The translations under genes were made by a program, and so were the position numbers. 64,000 nucleotides of DNA from Octopus sinensis (taxonomy: Eukaryota), in assembly GCF_006345805.1 (NCBI RefSeq), contig NC_043005.1:28272001-28336000 (forward strand), written 5' to 3'. A model generated the notes under the pieces. It was not told the origin of the DNA and made no database searches. It was given only the letters and a program-made list of their open reading frames with translations. Below, piece by piece: positions 38,508 through 50,876 of this stretch. Positions within the stretch are counted from its first letter, which is position 1, and every line of letters begins with the position of its first letter.

Positions 38508-39599
38508 TTAATTCTACTAACAGAGCTTTCTGGAAATATCTTCAGTGATAGCCTTGTTTCCTAACCTTAAGAATATTCTTTTCTCGTTTTCATTAAACAA
38601 AGTTTAGATACCTATTCAAAGAACATTTGCATTTCATAAAAAGAATGGTTGAGCTAACTATAAATGACCTTCTTTAAGTATATTTTACTGTTAATTGTGA
38701 AAACACCATGATAAATATCATGAAACTTTTAAAAAATATTGTTCGTATAAAATTTTAAAGGAAATATTTTTTGTTCTAATCAGATTTAATTATCAAGTTT
38801 ATCTTGATCAATGGTCACAGTTTTATTGGCTCATATGTAGTTATAGATTACTGAACAGTGAAGGATTGTATTTACAAATGTCACATGATTATTTCTCTTC
38901 TCAAACAAGATACAACTTGTGATATATCAGGTGTGTTTTATCATACCTGAAAGTATCAAATGTAACGTGTCAACTCAGATATCAGGTGTTATAAATGATA
39001 TGGCATACCACACCTAATTTAAAAGATAATACTGCTCGGTCACATAAATTTATGTTATAATAGTTAATAAGAGTCAATAAATACCTGTCATATACTAGGG
39101 TTCGCATAATCCACTACTCCACAAAAATGGTTGGTCTGTCTTAGTAATGGTTGCTGGTCAGCTTCAATGAAATGGCTGTTTCAAAGCATTCCTATAATGG
39201 CCATCCTTTCTTTTTTTTGTTTGTTTAGGTATTGTATATCCAAGACTATATTTCACAATAACCCTTAGAGATCATTATTTTTAAGATTATGGAATTTGAT
39301 TGAATGGGAATTTGGCTGCTATTTCTACAGACCAAACAACAATGTTGAGACTTGACAGAAACAGAGTGTCAGAAAACCTATTTTGTGGTATTTGTTCCAG
39401 CACTTTACATTCTGAGTTCGAATCCCACTGAGGTGAACTTTGGCTTTCATCCTTGTTGAATTGATGAACCAAAATACCAGTTGAATATTGGGGGATTTGA
39501 TGTAATACTACTAGCTGATGGTATCAACTAATTCTTTTACCCTCAGAATTACTGGCCTTGTGCCTAAATCAAAAACTAATTGCATTATTAATATAAGGG

Positions 39600-39898
39600 G
39601 TGTGGAGGCACATGGCCTAGTGGTTAGAGCAGCGGACTCGCGGTCGAGGGATCGTGGGTTTGAATCTCAGACCGGGTGATGTGTGTGTTTATGAGCGAAA
39701 CAACTAAGTTCCATGCGGCTTCGGCAGAAGGTAATAGCGAACTTCTGTTGACTCTTTCGCCACAACTTTCTCTCACTCTTTCCTCCTGCATCTTGCAGCT
39801 CACGGGCATCCCGTCCAGTTGGGGAACTTATATGCCAAGGAAACCGGGAAACTGGCCCTATAAGCCAGGCATGGCTCGAGAAGGAACAAAAAAAAAAA
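39600..39898 (+). mobile_element. SINE S3 with 13-bp TSD
   Basis: Flanked by ATTAATATAAGGG (39587-39599) and ATTAATATGAGGG (39899-39911). Intact A box and retained CpGs. Confidence 0.9.
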
Positions 39899-39914
39899 AT
39901 TAATATGAGGGTAA

Positions 39915-40497
39915 GGTGGAAAGCTGGCAGGGCTGTTATCACACCAGGAAAAGTGTTTCATGACATTTTTTCTGACTACACTATGAGTTTAAATGCTGCT
40001 AAGGTTGACTTTGCCTTTCATCCTTTCAGAGGTGATAGAATAAAGTGACAAGTGAACATTGGGGTTGATGTAGTTAACTGACCCACCGCCACTGAAATTG
40101 CTGGCCTTGTGTCAAAAATTTGAAACCATCATTAATATGGCAGAATCATAAGAGTATTTGACAAAATGCTTTTTTTTAAACTATTTTGTTGTAAGGATCA
40201 AATCCTGCCAAGGTCAACTTAACCCTTCATCCTTTCGGGATTTAATTGACTAACCCCTTCCCCTAAAGTTGCTGGCCTTGTGCCAAAATTTGAAACCAAG
40301 CTGGCAGAATTGTTAGCATGTCAGGCAAAATGATTAGTGGTGTCTTTTCTTTTGATTCATTACAGTCTGAGTTCAAATTCTGTTAATATCAACCTTGCCA
40401 TTCATCCTTTAGGGGTCAATAGAATAAGTACCAGTGCAGCATAGGTTCAACTATCTCTCACCCTACAAATTTCAGGCCTTGTGCCTTAGTAGAAAGA

Positions 40498-40530
<33 letters not shown>

Positions 40531-40660
40531 TCCGCTGAGGTTGACTTTGCCTTTCATCCTTTCAGGGTCAATAAATTAAGTACCGGTGAAACACTGGGGT
40601 CGATGAAATTGACTATCCTGCTCCCCACAATTTTGAGGCCTTGTGCCTCCAGTAGAAAGG

Positions 40661-40701
<41 letters not shown>

Positions 40702-41065
40702 CATCAATTCTGCCAAGGTTTACTTTGCCTTTCATCTTTTTGGGGTCAATAAAATAAATACCAGTTGAGTACTGGGGTCAATGTAATCGACTTATCTTCC
40801 TTGCCACAGATTTCAGGTCTTGTGTCTTTAATAGAAATGATTATTATTGTTATTATTTAGGGAAATGGTTTGGTAGGAATGTTATGTAAAATGCCTTGCA
40901 ATATTTCAGTTCTTTACACTGAGTTCAAATCCTGCAACGGTCCACCTTTGCTTTTACCCTTCCAGGGTCCACAAAATAAAGTATTTGTCAAGTACTGGGT
41001 TTAGTGTGATCAGTTGCCTGCCTCTGCCCTCAAATTTCTAACCTAATGCCAGTGTTAGAAATATT
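39915..41065 (+). mobile_element. Tandem array of about 6 SINE S2 copies and fragments
   Basis: Repeated ACTTTGCCTTTCATCCTTT blocks separated by (ATT)n. Confidence 0.85.
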
Positions 41066-42203
41066 TATTCACCATGGACAACGGACGTTAAATGATGTTT
41101 ATGATGATGATGAGAGGATAAAGAAAAAATGACCTTATTTTAATCTACCAAAATATAAACCTACTGCAGCATTTAGTTTTATCTCAATATTCTGAGTTCG
41201 AATCTCCTTGCATTCCACCATGGACAGATAAGATAGCATCAGTAGTAAAATAGAACCGATTCAAGCAATAGTGAATATTCCTTTGCAAAAACCAGCCTTG
41301 AACTTAATCTGACAGAATTCCCATTCATTTGTACAGGTGAGGTGAGGTGTAATGAAATGGGAAAATACCAGACATTTCTTTTTTATCCCAACGTTTAATC
41401 TGAAAAATTGCTACATGTTTTTAGTTTCTTCCACCTTAAACCTACTAATTGCTACATGAATCATCCTTTTTTATACACACACACCCAGATGAAACTTGAA
41501 TAATTATTCCTTATAAAATTTGACTTTTGTTCCATGTTTCTCCATGAGGAAATTTAATAAATGCTACAGGTTTCTCACTCTTGACAGTTCAGAATCCTGC
41601 CATGATGCTAGTCTTATCAGTCTGAATATTCTTTATTTTACTCCGATGAATGTTAACACTCCAATTATGTTTTGTCTGGTTCAAGCTTAACACTTCCAAC
41701 ATGGCTCATGTATTGTAAGCCCCATCATTTCTACATGCTTCACATGCTTTAAATCCGACCATTCTTACATGTTTCTTCTCCTGGTGAAAACCCAACAATT
41801 CCTACGGGGACTCAAATTAACAACTACAGCTTGTTTCATGTAAAACCTGTTGCATGTTTTACCTGCTCAAATTTAACAATTGCTATTTGCTTCATCCATG
41901 TTTCACCTAACAATATTTTACTGCTTTCATGATTATCATCTTTTTGTACATATTTTTTGCTATGATTTTTTTTTAATTATATTTTTCAATTATTAAAAAT
42001 AAATGGATTTTATAACCAGATTTTTTCCTCCGGTGTAATGAAGACACTGTAAAATATAGTGTCTTCTATCTCTTGATGTTTCGTAATCTACAGTTACCAT
42101 ATTCTAAAGAAAAAAATAACTTGCCATATAACCAGCTTCTATTGTGATGTTCTTCACTTTTTATTCTATCCAACTCTTTTTTTATATATATACATATACA
42201 TAC

Positions 42204-42268
<65 letters not shown>

Positions 42269-42699
42269 TTGAAAATATTTTTGTTGATATATTTGATAAA
42301 TTTTAAATATTTATTTAACTCTCATGCACACAACACACACACACATACACACATACACACACCACTCACTCATCCCTGTCTGTTTCTTTCTTCCTCTCAC
42401 CCTGCTCTCTCCTTGCCTTCTTTTCTTTTTCCCACCTCACTTTCCTTTCCTCTCTCTCTCTCTTTCCTGTCAGAGATACTCCTCTTATTGTCTTTCTTCT
42501 TTGTTTAAATAACAATGTCCACTCAGTTATTGATTTTGTTCTCTATTAAATCACAATTTATGAAGAACGGTGTGATTGATTACAGGTTCCCAACAGACTG
42601 CCAATCACAGTTCATTGCATTTCTGACAAGTGATAAGCGAGTCTCTGTATCTCAGTGCGTCTCATGAGACATAACATAAACCAATGAGGAAGCCTATAG

Positions 42700-42900
42700 A
42701 TGGTCGCTTGCTATGCTAGTAATAACAGCTATATCTTCCTCAACTCATGCCCTATCATCTTATAAAGAACAAAGGAACATTAGAAAATGTTATCCTAGAT
42801 ATTTATAACTCTAAAAAGACAGGTTGGTCACAACTGGAACGCCTCCGATCATAAGTCTGTCTGATCAAAGCTGACCTGGGCCTAAACAACAGCAGCAACT
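42700..42900 (+). mobile_element. SINE-like family S6
   Basis: Reverse-complement similarity to 4430-4830; ends GCTGACCTGGGCCTAAACAACAGCAGCAAC. Confidence 0.55.
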
Positions 42901-43886
42901 AAATTATGATAGCTCTAATTATTCTATTCAATATTTCCTGGAGGCTATTTCAAAATTCAAAAGCTACTCCACACCGACTAACCCCAATGCAACTGGTGTC
43001 CCTAAAATTCTCATTAATGCCAACCTATTTGAGATCTCACTGCATCTTTCCTAAATCATAGTTTGCACTGGACACAGAGGGTAGAATTTTCTCCCATACT
43101 TTTCTTCTTCTGTATTGAACAAGACGTTTTCCTAATTGTTCATCTTTTCTGAAACCTGATACTCAATAGTACCTTGTTTAGGGGCAAAACATGCTGTCAG
43201 ATTCTAAGTGGAACCTTGTTTAGGCAGTATACACTATCAGATTCTTTTTTTTTTTTTTGAGCACCATCTTCCTTGTTTTAAACTCCTAATACAGGTTTTT
43301 CAAAAGATTCTATAATGGCAACCAGGTTGCCAGTAGATAAACATCTCATCCTGAAAATCTTTGCAATGGCCTTCAAGATTAAAACAAAGAGTAAAGACCT
43401 GAGAAAAGGAGTCCCGTTTAACCACTAACTATGCACTAAGCTCCTATAGAAGCACAAATAAAGTTTTAGGCGTCAATAAGTTAGATTGATAGGAAAAATG
43501 AAAAAAAAAGTCACCGTTTATTTCTTCTGCAGTTTTAGACTTTTTCATTGCTCATGACAATTAAACTTATTGAAACTGTAACCCTTAAGCTATTTTTGGA
43601 TTGTCTCACCATCATTGGTAACTCAAACCCTCACCTCTGTCCTTGGAGTGGATCTTATCATTACTAACTTCCTAACAGAGCCTATTAGCAATCTCAACCA
43701 TACTTTAAAACTCTTGTTTTAAGCTTGAGCAGTAATAACAACAACAACAACAACATCATCATCATTTTAACAGCTACATTTCTATTTTGCATAGTTCACA
43801 TAAAATTCATATGCCCTCCCTGTTGCCAACCCTCATTTATAACTGTTAAGCAATGTAATAATGAGGAGGGACACACACACACACAG

Positions 43887-44018
43887 AGGCTTCTTTCAAT
43901 TTCTGTTTACCAAATCCACTCACAGAGCTTTGATCAGTCTGAGTATTTACTATAAGATACTTGCCCTAAGTGCCACATACTAGGACTGAACCCAAAACCA
44001 CATGGTTGAGAAGCAAAC
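43887..44018 (-). mobile_element. SINE S1 5' fragment
   Basis: Reverse complement of the S1 head through GAAAGAAGCC. Confidence 0.75.
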
Positions 44019-44428
44019 CTAATTCTTTTTTTTATTCACCACACTATGGAACATGGGACATTTTCTTCATCAACTAATGTCATATAAAGTTGTTAGTTCC
44101 CGGCTAAGGACTTCTGTTTCCCTACCTTTACATTTCTCTTAGTAGAAATATATCGTCAGTGATTTACAGTCTCTTACCTATTGTGTAATATCCTACAAAT
44201 CATCAGTCAATGGAATTGATAGCTTGCTTTGCTTATTGTTTAGAATTACTACTCCACTTTAGTCAATAAAGTTCTGAGGACACATCCCAACTTTCTTTTT
44301 CTCCTCTTCAATGTCAAAAATATTCACAATAAACCCAATCATTTCTTGAGGTTTATTCCATTAGTTTTACTCGCCTTTCTCAAATTCATCTCCTTACACT
44401 AATGTAGAAAAGCAAAAAGGTTCATCAA

Positions 44429-44792
44429 TACCTCCGCCTTGGTGAAAGCAGAGGTGTTGTTTTCAGTCATGTTTGTTTGTTTGTCCATAGACAAGATATC
44501 TCAACATCTGCTGGATGGATTTGGATGGAACTTTCAGGGATGTTTGGCCTTGTGATTGGCACAATTAGATTTTGGGATTGATCTGGTACCAGTCAAAGAT
44601 TCTGGATTATTTTTCCTGTTTTTTTTTTTTTTACTTAATTTTTGAAAGCGGTTGGGTTCATTTTTAGTATTCTCATTTGTGAGTGAAGTTGAGTTCATTT
44701 CAGATATTCTCATTTTAAAAATCATCTCCAGCTAATCATTGTGAGGACGTTGATGTTGCCTTAGTAGAGGTTTGCGTTCTCTGAGTGCTCTT
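44429..44792 (+). mobile_element. DINE-1/Helentron-associated non-autonomous element (HINE-like)
   Basis: 5' TACCTCCGCCTTGG..GCAGAGGT hairpin/subTIR, then (GTTT)n. 3' inverted subTIR CCTTAGTAGAGG followed by stem-loop GCGTTCTCTGAGTGC and TT flank. Confidence 0.65.
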
Positions 44793-45549
44793 ATTATTAT
44801 TATTATTATTATTATATTATTATTATTATATTATTATTATTATTATTATTATTATTTATTGTGAGGTAGTCAGTCAGTAGCAGAAACAGTAGAGTGTTGG
44901 TATTATTTTATGTTTGACTTTTGCTTTGTATTGACTTCAAGTCTCACCCAGAGACTTCAAGAGACAACAAGTTAGAAGTTCATGTTGGTGTTATGCCTAG
45001 GGTGCCATATATTTGGTTTTGTACATAGTGTTGTTCTAGAGAATGTTTAAGAAACCATTAGAAAATTATGTTTATTTTAAAATTTGAGATTACATAGACA
45101 GTATTTTATGTAGGATATAGGCAGTTCCCATGAGCACTATATTTTGAATTTCTGCCATTTTGAGGTTTCCTGGTATCTGAGCGAGGTAGCAATCAACTCC
45201 TTTTGCTATTATTATTATTGTTATTATTATTATTATTCCAAGTGGAAGTATTGGAGAGATGGTCAAGAATGCTGAACGGAATGCTATTTCTTGGTGTTCT
45301 TACTTTAAATCTAACTTCAGTTGATTTTATCTTTCATTTTACTCAAGTTAATAAAATACCTGTAATATACTCAGGTTTATTTAATCAATTATACTCTCCA
45401 CCCCATGTACATAGGTAAGAAGCCATTACTATTTTAGCTGATAAGCACAACAAACAATGCTGAAACATTTATTTAAAAGTCAAAAGTCCATTTTACCTTA
45501 AACAGTTCTTAAACAACAAAAACGGGTATCAGAGTTCTCTAAATTCTAA

Positions 45550-45749
45550 CCCTTTTGATGCCAACCTACCTGAGACTATACTTTAGTTCTATGATACAAT
45601 CTTCCTGTCTAAAAGTGATCTAAATTAAAACCTAATTTATATGCCAAACATCAGCCTAATAATGACAAAGTTATTTTACTAAAATCTTATTTTAAGTATT
45701 AATTGAAACAAAAGTAGTGTATTTCTACTGAAATTTGGTAACAAAAGGT
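45550..45749. mobile_element. piggyBac-type MITE
   Basis: CTAA|CCCTTTTGATGCC ... GGTAACAAAAGGT|TTAA. Confidence 0.7.
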
Positions 45750-46234
45750 TTAAATAGCTGTTAGTCGTCTGTAAAGGTTGAACAGATGATGGTTGTATGT
45801 AAATATTGAAAATATGTTGATTATCTGTAGATTTTAAAAAGTTGTTGGTTGTGTGTAGATATTAAAAAGATATAAATTTTCTACAGAATATTTTTTAAAA
45901 CATTAAAAAGATATTAGTTTTTGAAAATGTTAAAAGCATGTTAATTTTGTGTAGATATTTATTAAAGATGTTAGGTGCATGTAGATTTTAAAAAGCCTCT
46001 GGTTTTGTGTGTAAATATTAAAAAGATTTTCAAATTGTGAAGAAGAAATGGTGGGTTATAAAGAAATCTTATTAACTCATTGTCAAATATTGGCACCAAT
46101 TAATTAAATAGTCTAATCAAGGTAATGAGACTGAGCTGGTTACATCTTATATTGATTTGTAATACATAATTACACTTCATAAATTAATAGTTGTAATAAG
46201 GATAATGAGAGCGATGATGATAATGATGATGATT

Positions 46235-46600
46235 TAAGCATGAGGCCAATCATTTTGAGGGGAGGAGGTAGTCAGTTGATTCCATCAATTTTAGCTTTTA
46301 TTATTTTATTTCATCAATGCTGGAGGATTGAGAGACAAAGTTGATTTTGGTAGGATTTGAACTCAGAATCTAGAGACAAATACCACAAAATATTCTCTCC
46401 ATTGCTCTGACAATTCTGCCAATCTGCATCTCAAAATTTTCGCAAATATTCTCTTCAGATTTTGGCACAAGATTAACAGTTTAGGAGGAGGGTAATTTCA
46501 AACTTGGACTCAGTGGGATTTGAACTCAAAATGTAAAGAACCAGAAGAAATGCCGCTAAACATTTTGTCTGATGCACTAAAGATTCTGCCAGTTTGATAA
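46235..46600 (-). mobile_element. Two degraded SINE S2 copies
   Basis: GGATTTGAACTC (reverse B box) and ATTCTGCCA (reverse A box) each occur twice. Confidence 0.65.
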
Positions 46601-46730
46601 GAATAATAATTTCTTTAACATTGTAATAACGACCCTTTCATATGTATGTTAAAACAAAAAGCATATATAGCAGTTATAAAAAGAAAGTGGGTGGAAACTA
46701 GATACAATTATTTAAAACAAGGGATATATA

Positions 46731-48055
46731 TCTACATATAAACACAAACACACACACACACACACAAATATATGTGTGTGTATTCATATATACACACATA
46801 TATTTATGTGTGTGTGTGTATAGATACATACATATATTTATGTGTGTGTGTGTGTATATATATTTGTATGTATATATATATATTTATGTGTGTGTATATA
46901 TTTTATATATATATATATATATATACAAGAAATAATATTTGTCTCTTTTTATAGAAATAAAAGGGTTTATAGGACTGCAAAAGAAGTGCTCAAATGTAAA
47001 TGAGACAAAGATAAAGAAGCATTGGTTATGAACAAACATTAAATTTGGGTCAACCACTTTACATACAACACCATCCCTCAAACATTTAATCATATATAAA
47101 TATCACCATGGTTCTTAAACTCATAAAAAAATACATAAAATACATATACATAAAATCACAGAAGGTTAAAATATATATTTGAATAAAATACAAATAGAAC
47201 GGCCTATCAAAAAGGTAAATATAAATGACTAAAAATTCATAAACTACCGAAAAACTAACAAAGATAAATGTCCAACGACTAAAAAAGTTTTATCAGACGA
47301 TTAAAAATATTTTAAAAAATTTTTTTTACTCCCCGCACACAAGTACGTCCAAAGTTCATAAATAAACAGACTTCCACAGGTCAAATTCACATACAGCAAA
47401 ATTTTGCTCTGTGCATGTTTCCTGTTTCGTGTTCATCATGTGAGGCAGGGTATCGCCATGATGCACTTTAGTGTAATTGAACCGCGGTGTTGAGCTACGG
47501 AAATGGCCATTGATGTATGGGAATTTGACCTGTGGACGTCTGTTTATGTATGAACTTTGGACGTGAGGGAAATAAAAGAACTTTTTTCAAATATTTTTTA
47601 AAATATTTTTAATCATCTGATAAAACTTTTTTAGTCGTAGGACATTTATCTTTGTCTGTTAGTTTTTTTGGTAGTTTTGAATTTTTAGTCATTTATATTT
47701 ACCTTTTTGATAGGCCGTTCTATTTGTATTTTATTTGAATAAATATTTTTACCTTCTGTGTTTTTATGTATATATATTTTTTATGAGTTTAAGAACCATG
47801 GTAATATTCATATGTGATTAAATGTTTGAGGTATGGTGTTATATATAAAGTCATTGACTCAAATTTAATGTTTGTTCTATAACCAATGTTTCTTTGTGTG
47901 TGTATATATATATATGGACATGTTAAAAATTTGATATAACTTAAGCCCAGAGAATAATTAGATAATTATATGAAACAATAATTTAAAATATTTAAAAAAA
48001 TAAACATGAAAAAGATTTAGAGTAACCCATCTGAACATGGGTGAAAATCCCCTAG
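46731..48055 (+). mobile_element. Putative non-autonomous Helitron containing a large inverted repeat
   Basis: Candidate 5' A|TCTACATATAAA at 46731. 3' hairpin ACCCAT-CTGAAC-ATGGGT (48025-48042) lies 9 nt before CTAG|T. The 5' boundary is uncertain. Confidence 0.45.
47013..47895. repeat. Long inverted repeat: arms of about 380 bp (47013-47394 and 47515-47895) with a 120-bp spacer
   Basis: For example GAACGGCCTATCAAAAAGGTAAATATAAATGACTAAAAATTC is matched exactly by GAATTTTTAGTCATTTATATTTACCTTTTTGATAGGCCGTTC; similarity continues along both arms. Confidence 0.95.
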
Positions 48056-48299
48056 TAAGGTCAGGTTAGATTCCCCCCAAGTACTCCTTGATCTGCCTAC
48101 CTGCCCCTAAGATTGTTCTATCTTGAATGAGTCCATGAGCAGTTCAGGTGTCAGAGTTGCTAAGAAGAGGCCCACATCCTTCTTAAAGCTGAGCTACATT
48201 TGCTAACAAACTGTCCATACAGTATTCACCAGCAGTCTATCCTTCAAATGTCCTTTATAAATCATTATTCATCTCAATCAGAAACTAGCTCCTCCTTAA

Positions 48300-48757
48300 C
48301 CCTTTCGTTACCAATCTGGCTGAAACTGGCTCTGGCTCTGTAGTACAAATGTTTTGTTTTCATAAGTTTTGAATTAAAATCTTCCACCAAACTTTAGTCA
48401 CAATTTATGTTCCTAAAACTAGCTTAATGGTAACTAAGTTATTTTACTAAATTCTTTGTTATATTTAAAATCATTGATAGAAAAACAGAGCATCTCATCA
48501 GAAATATGGTAACAAAATGGTTAAAATACATAACAGAAAAATAATTCTTAAAATATATAATAGAGAAACAATTCTTAACCCTTTTGATACCAACCCAACT
48601 GACACCAGCCCTGGCTCTGTAATATAAATATCTTGTTTTCATAAGTTTTTTTCCACCAAACCTAGCACTAGCATAATGGTAACTAAGTTATTTTACTAAA
48701 TTCTTTATCTTCGAAAGAAACACAGAGCATCTCAAAATAAATACTGTAACAAAAGGG
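48300..48757. mobile_element. Two tandem piggyBac-type MITEs (48300-48520 and 48579-48757)
   Basis: Each is bounded by TTAA, with TIRs CCCTTT(C/T)G(T/A)TACC ... (G/T)GTAACAAAA(G/T)GG. Confidence 0.85.
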
Positions 48758-50555
48758 TTAATTCTATTTTCCTCTTTGCTTTATAAATCCACCCAATCCC
48801 CATTGATTGTTCTTGATCCTGTGAGTGTTATGGCTCCGGAGGAGAAGGTGAACTTTTCAGTCTTTTTTTTTCTTATCTTGTGAAGGGGTTGATCTCCTTT
48901 GACCAATTCTACATATCTTCTTATGGGAATTGATTTTTTTTTGGCAGATTTTTTTCTTTTCCTATTTTTTGCACTGTCTCTGACAGGTTGCTACCCTTAT
49001 TTTCTCTCCATATTCTCCTCATAGTTACAAGACAATGGGGTTATGCAATTGCTTGTGACTATAAGGGAGTATCCCTAGTCATCAACAACTTTTGGTTCTG
49101 AAAATGAGGTGAGTTTTTTTATCCATCTTCAGAGCTGCATCCAGCAGTGCAACTGGTGCAGCTGTCAAGAGCGACACTCAGGATCTGCTGTGAATGTTGT
49201 TGTTTCTGTCACTGTTCACCACGCTTTCTCTTCCTCAATATTTCTAATTCCTCTGGACAAAAAGCTCTCAAATGGCATTTACTGCCGCAAGTGCAACGTG
49301 ACTTTCTACTCTCCACTTCTAGTTTCTTTGTTTTGGTTTCTGTACTCATCACAAAATAATGCTCCACAATGGCCCTGTGGTTTTGAGATGTTCATTAGAA
49401 TTTGTAAGTCCATACTGACTCTTCCTGACCATGTTATTTCCTTGTGGTACCTTCACTCACAGCACATCCTCATTGCATTAAAAAGGTGATAACTAACCAG
49501 GGACCAATGTCACTTGCCATCACACAGACTGTTACCTCTGTATGTATTGTGCTGGGGATGTGTCCATGAATAACAAATGTCACACAATCGCTACTTCTAA
49601 CCTCATCTCATCTTCAGATTTGCCGTTGTCTGTACAAAACATGTTTCTCTATACACAGGCCACTGCATCCTTCATTTGCTCTTTTGAAGGCTTTCTGAAA
49701 GCACCATTCTTCACAAGAGAAAAATATGTCACTTTTCCCCTTCCATTTCTTGGGCAAATTCCTCAGGCAAGTTGATGCACACTTTTGTAACCCACCTCTG
49801 CCACTTTTTTGCTAATTGGATATTATTTGTGTCCAGAAATTTTCTTTGACAGGAAAACAATTGCAAAACTGCTTCCAAAACCACTAACATTTACGCTTGA
49901 CAATATGTGTGTGTGGGTGTTGTTGTTGTTGCTGTTTACCTTTTTTGCTGCAAATGCATACATTAAAAACAGACTCTGTTTTCTCTTGCAAAACTTAATT
50001 TTCACTCCAAGTGTATTTTTTCATTCAATTTTGTTAGTTTTCTTCTTTTTATATCACTGTTCCTTTCATTTTTTAATCTGTATTAATATTTTTTTCACAA
50101 AGTTTTGAAGATGGTATACTTCTTTATGCTAATGCTACCACCACTGTAACAAGCAACTCTTCCAACTACTTCAATGCAAGAATCATTTAAAAATTTCAGT
50201 TAGTAAAACACATTAAAATTTAAATATTTTAAAAAATATTAGGGAAAATTTTTTTTAAAAATTCTTTCCACCTCTTATTGTAATAATCCCATACAGTAGA
50301 ACACAGGAAAAAAACAAAAATCCTTGAAATAATCTACTCTTTTTCTTAACCATATGAATCTCACAAAAGACATGTCTATTCATCTCAAGACAATATTATT
50401 AACAAAAATAAATATCAATACAAATGATAATGATGATGATGATGATTTCAAACAAACGTAGAAAATAATGAATTTTGGGAAGATCTGATTAAAATTTTAT
50501 TTTATTGGTCCATGGAGGGAATAATATTAATAATAATGATAATAATCACTATTTA

Positions 50556-50876
50556 CATTATTTACATCTGATGGATATTTGTCCTCATCTTGTTTGTTGT
50601 TAACACATTTCAGCATATGGTGTAGTGGTTAAGAGCACAGGCTATTAACCCCAAGATTCCGAGTTAGATTCCAAGCAGTGACCTGAATAATAATAATAAT
50701 AATATCGAAAAATTCCTTAGGAATGAGAACCCAGGTTTGAAATTTCCCCAAGACGCCTGATGAAGGTTGGAAGATATATCAGCCGAAACGCTGTGTTAAC
50801 AACAAACAAGATGAGGACAAATATCCGTCAAATGTAAATAATATACATAATTCCTTATCCCTTAAATATAGAACTG
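50556..50876 (+). mobile_element. Hammerhead/tRNA element copy D
   Basis: About 57 bp inverted tail, tRNA-like head 50613-50683, hammerhead core 50752-50797, tail, and the 3' extension CATAATTCCT..TC.CTTAAATATAGAACTG shared with copy B. Confidence 0.85.
50752..50797 (+). ncRNA. Minimal type I hammerhead ribozyme motif (degenerate copy)
   Basis: GACGC CUGAUGA A GGUUG[GAAGAUAUAU]CAGCC GAAAC GCU GUGUU. Core boxes are intact, but U16.1 is C in this copy. Confidence 0.65.

Noticed and set aside
49050-49800. GC-richer coding-like tract, possibly a LINE ORF1 remnant
   Set aside because: Only a vague zinc-knuckle-like word and many stops; cannot be supported.
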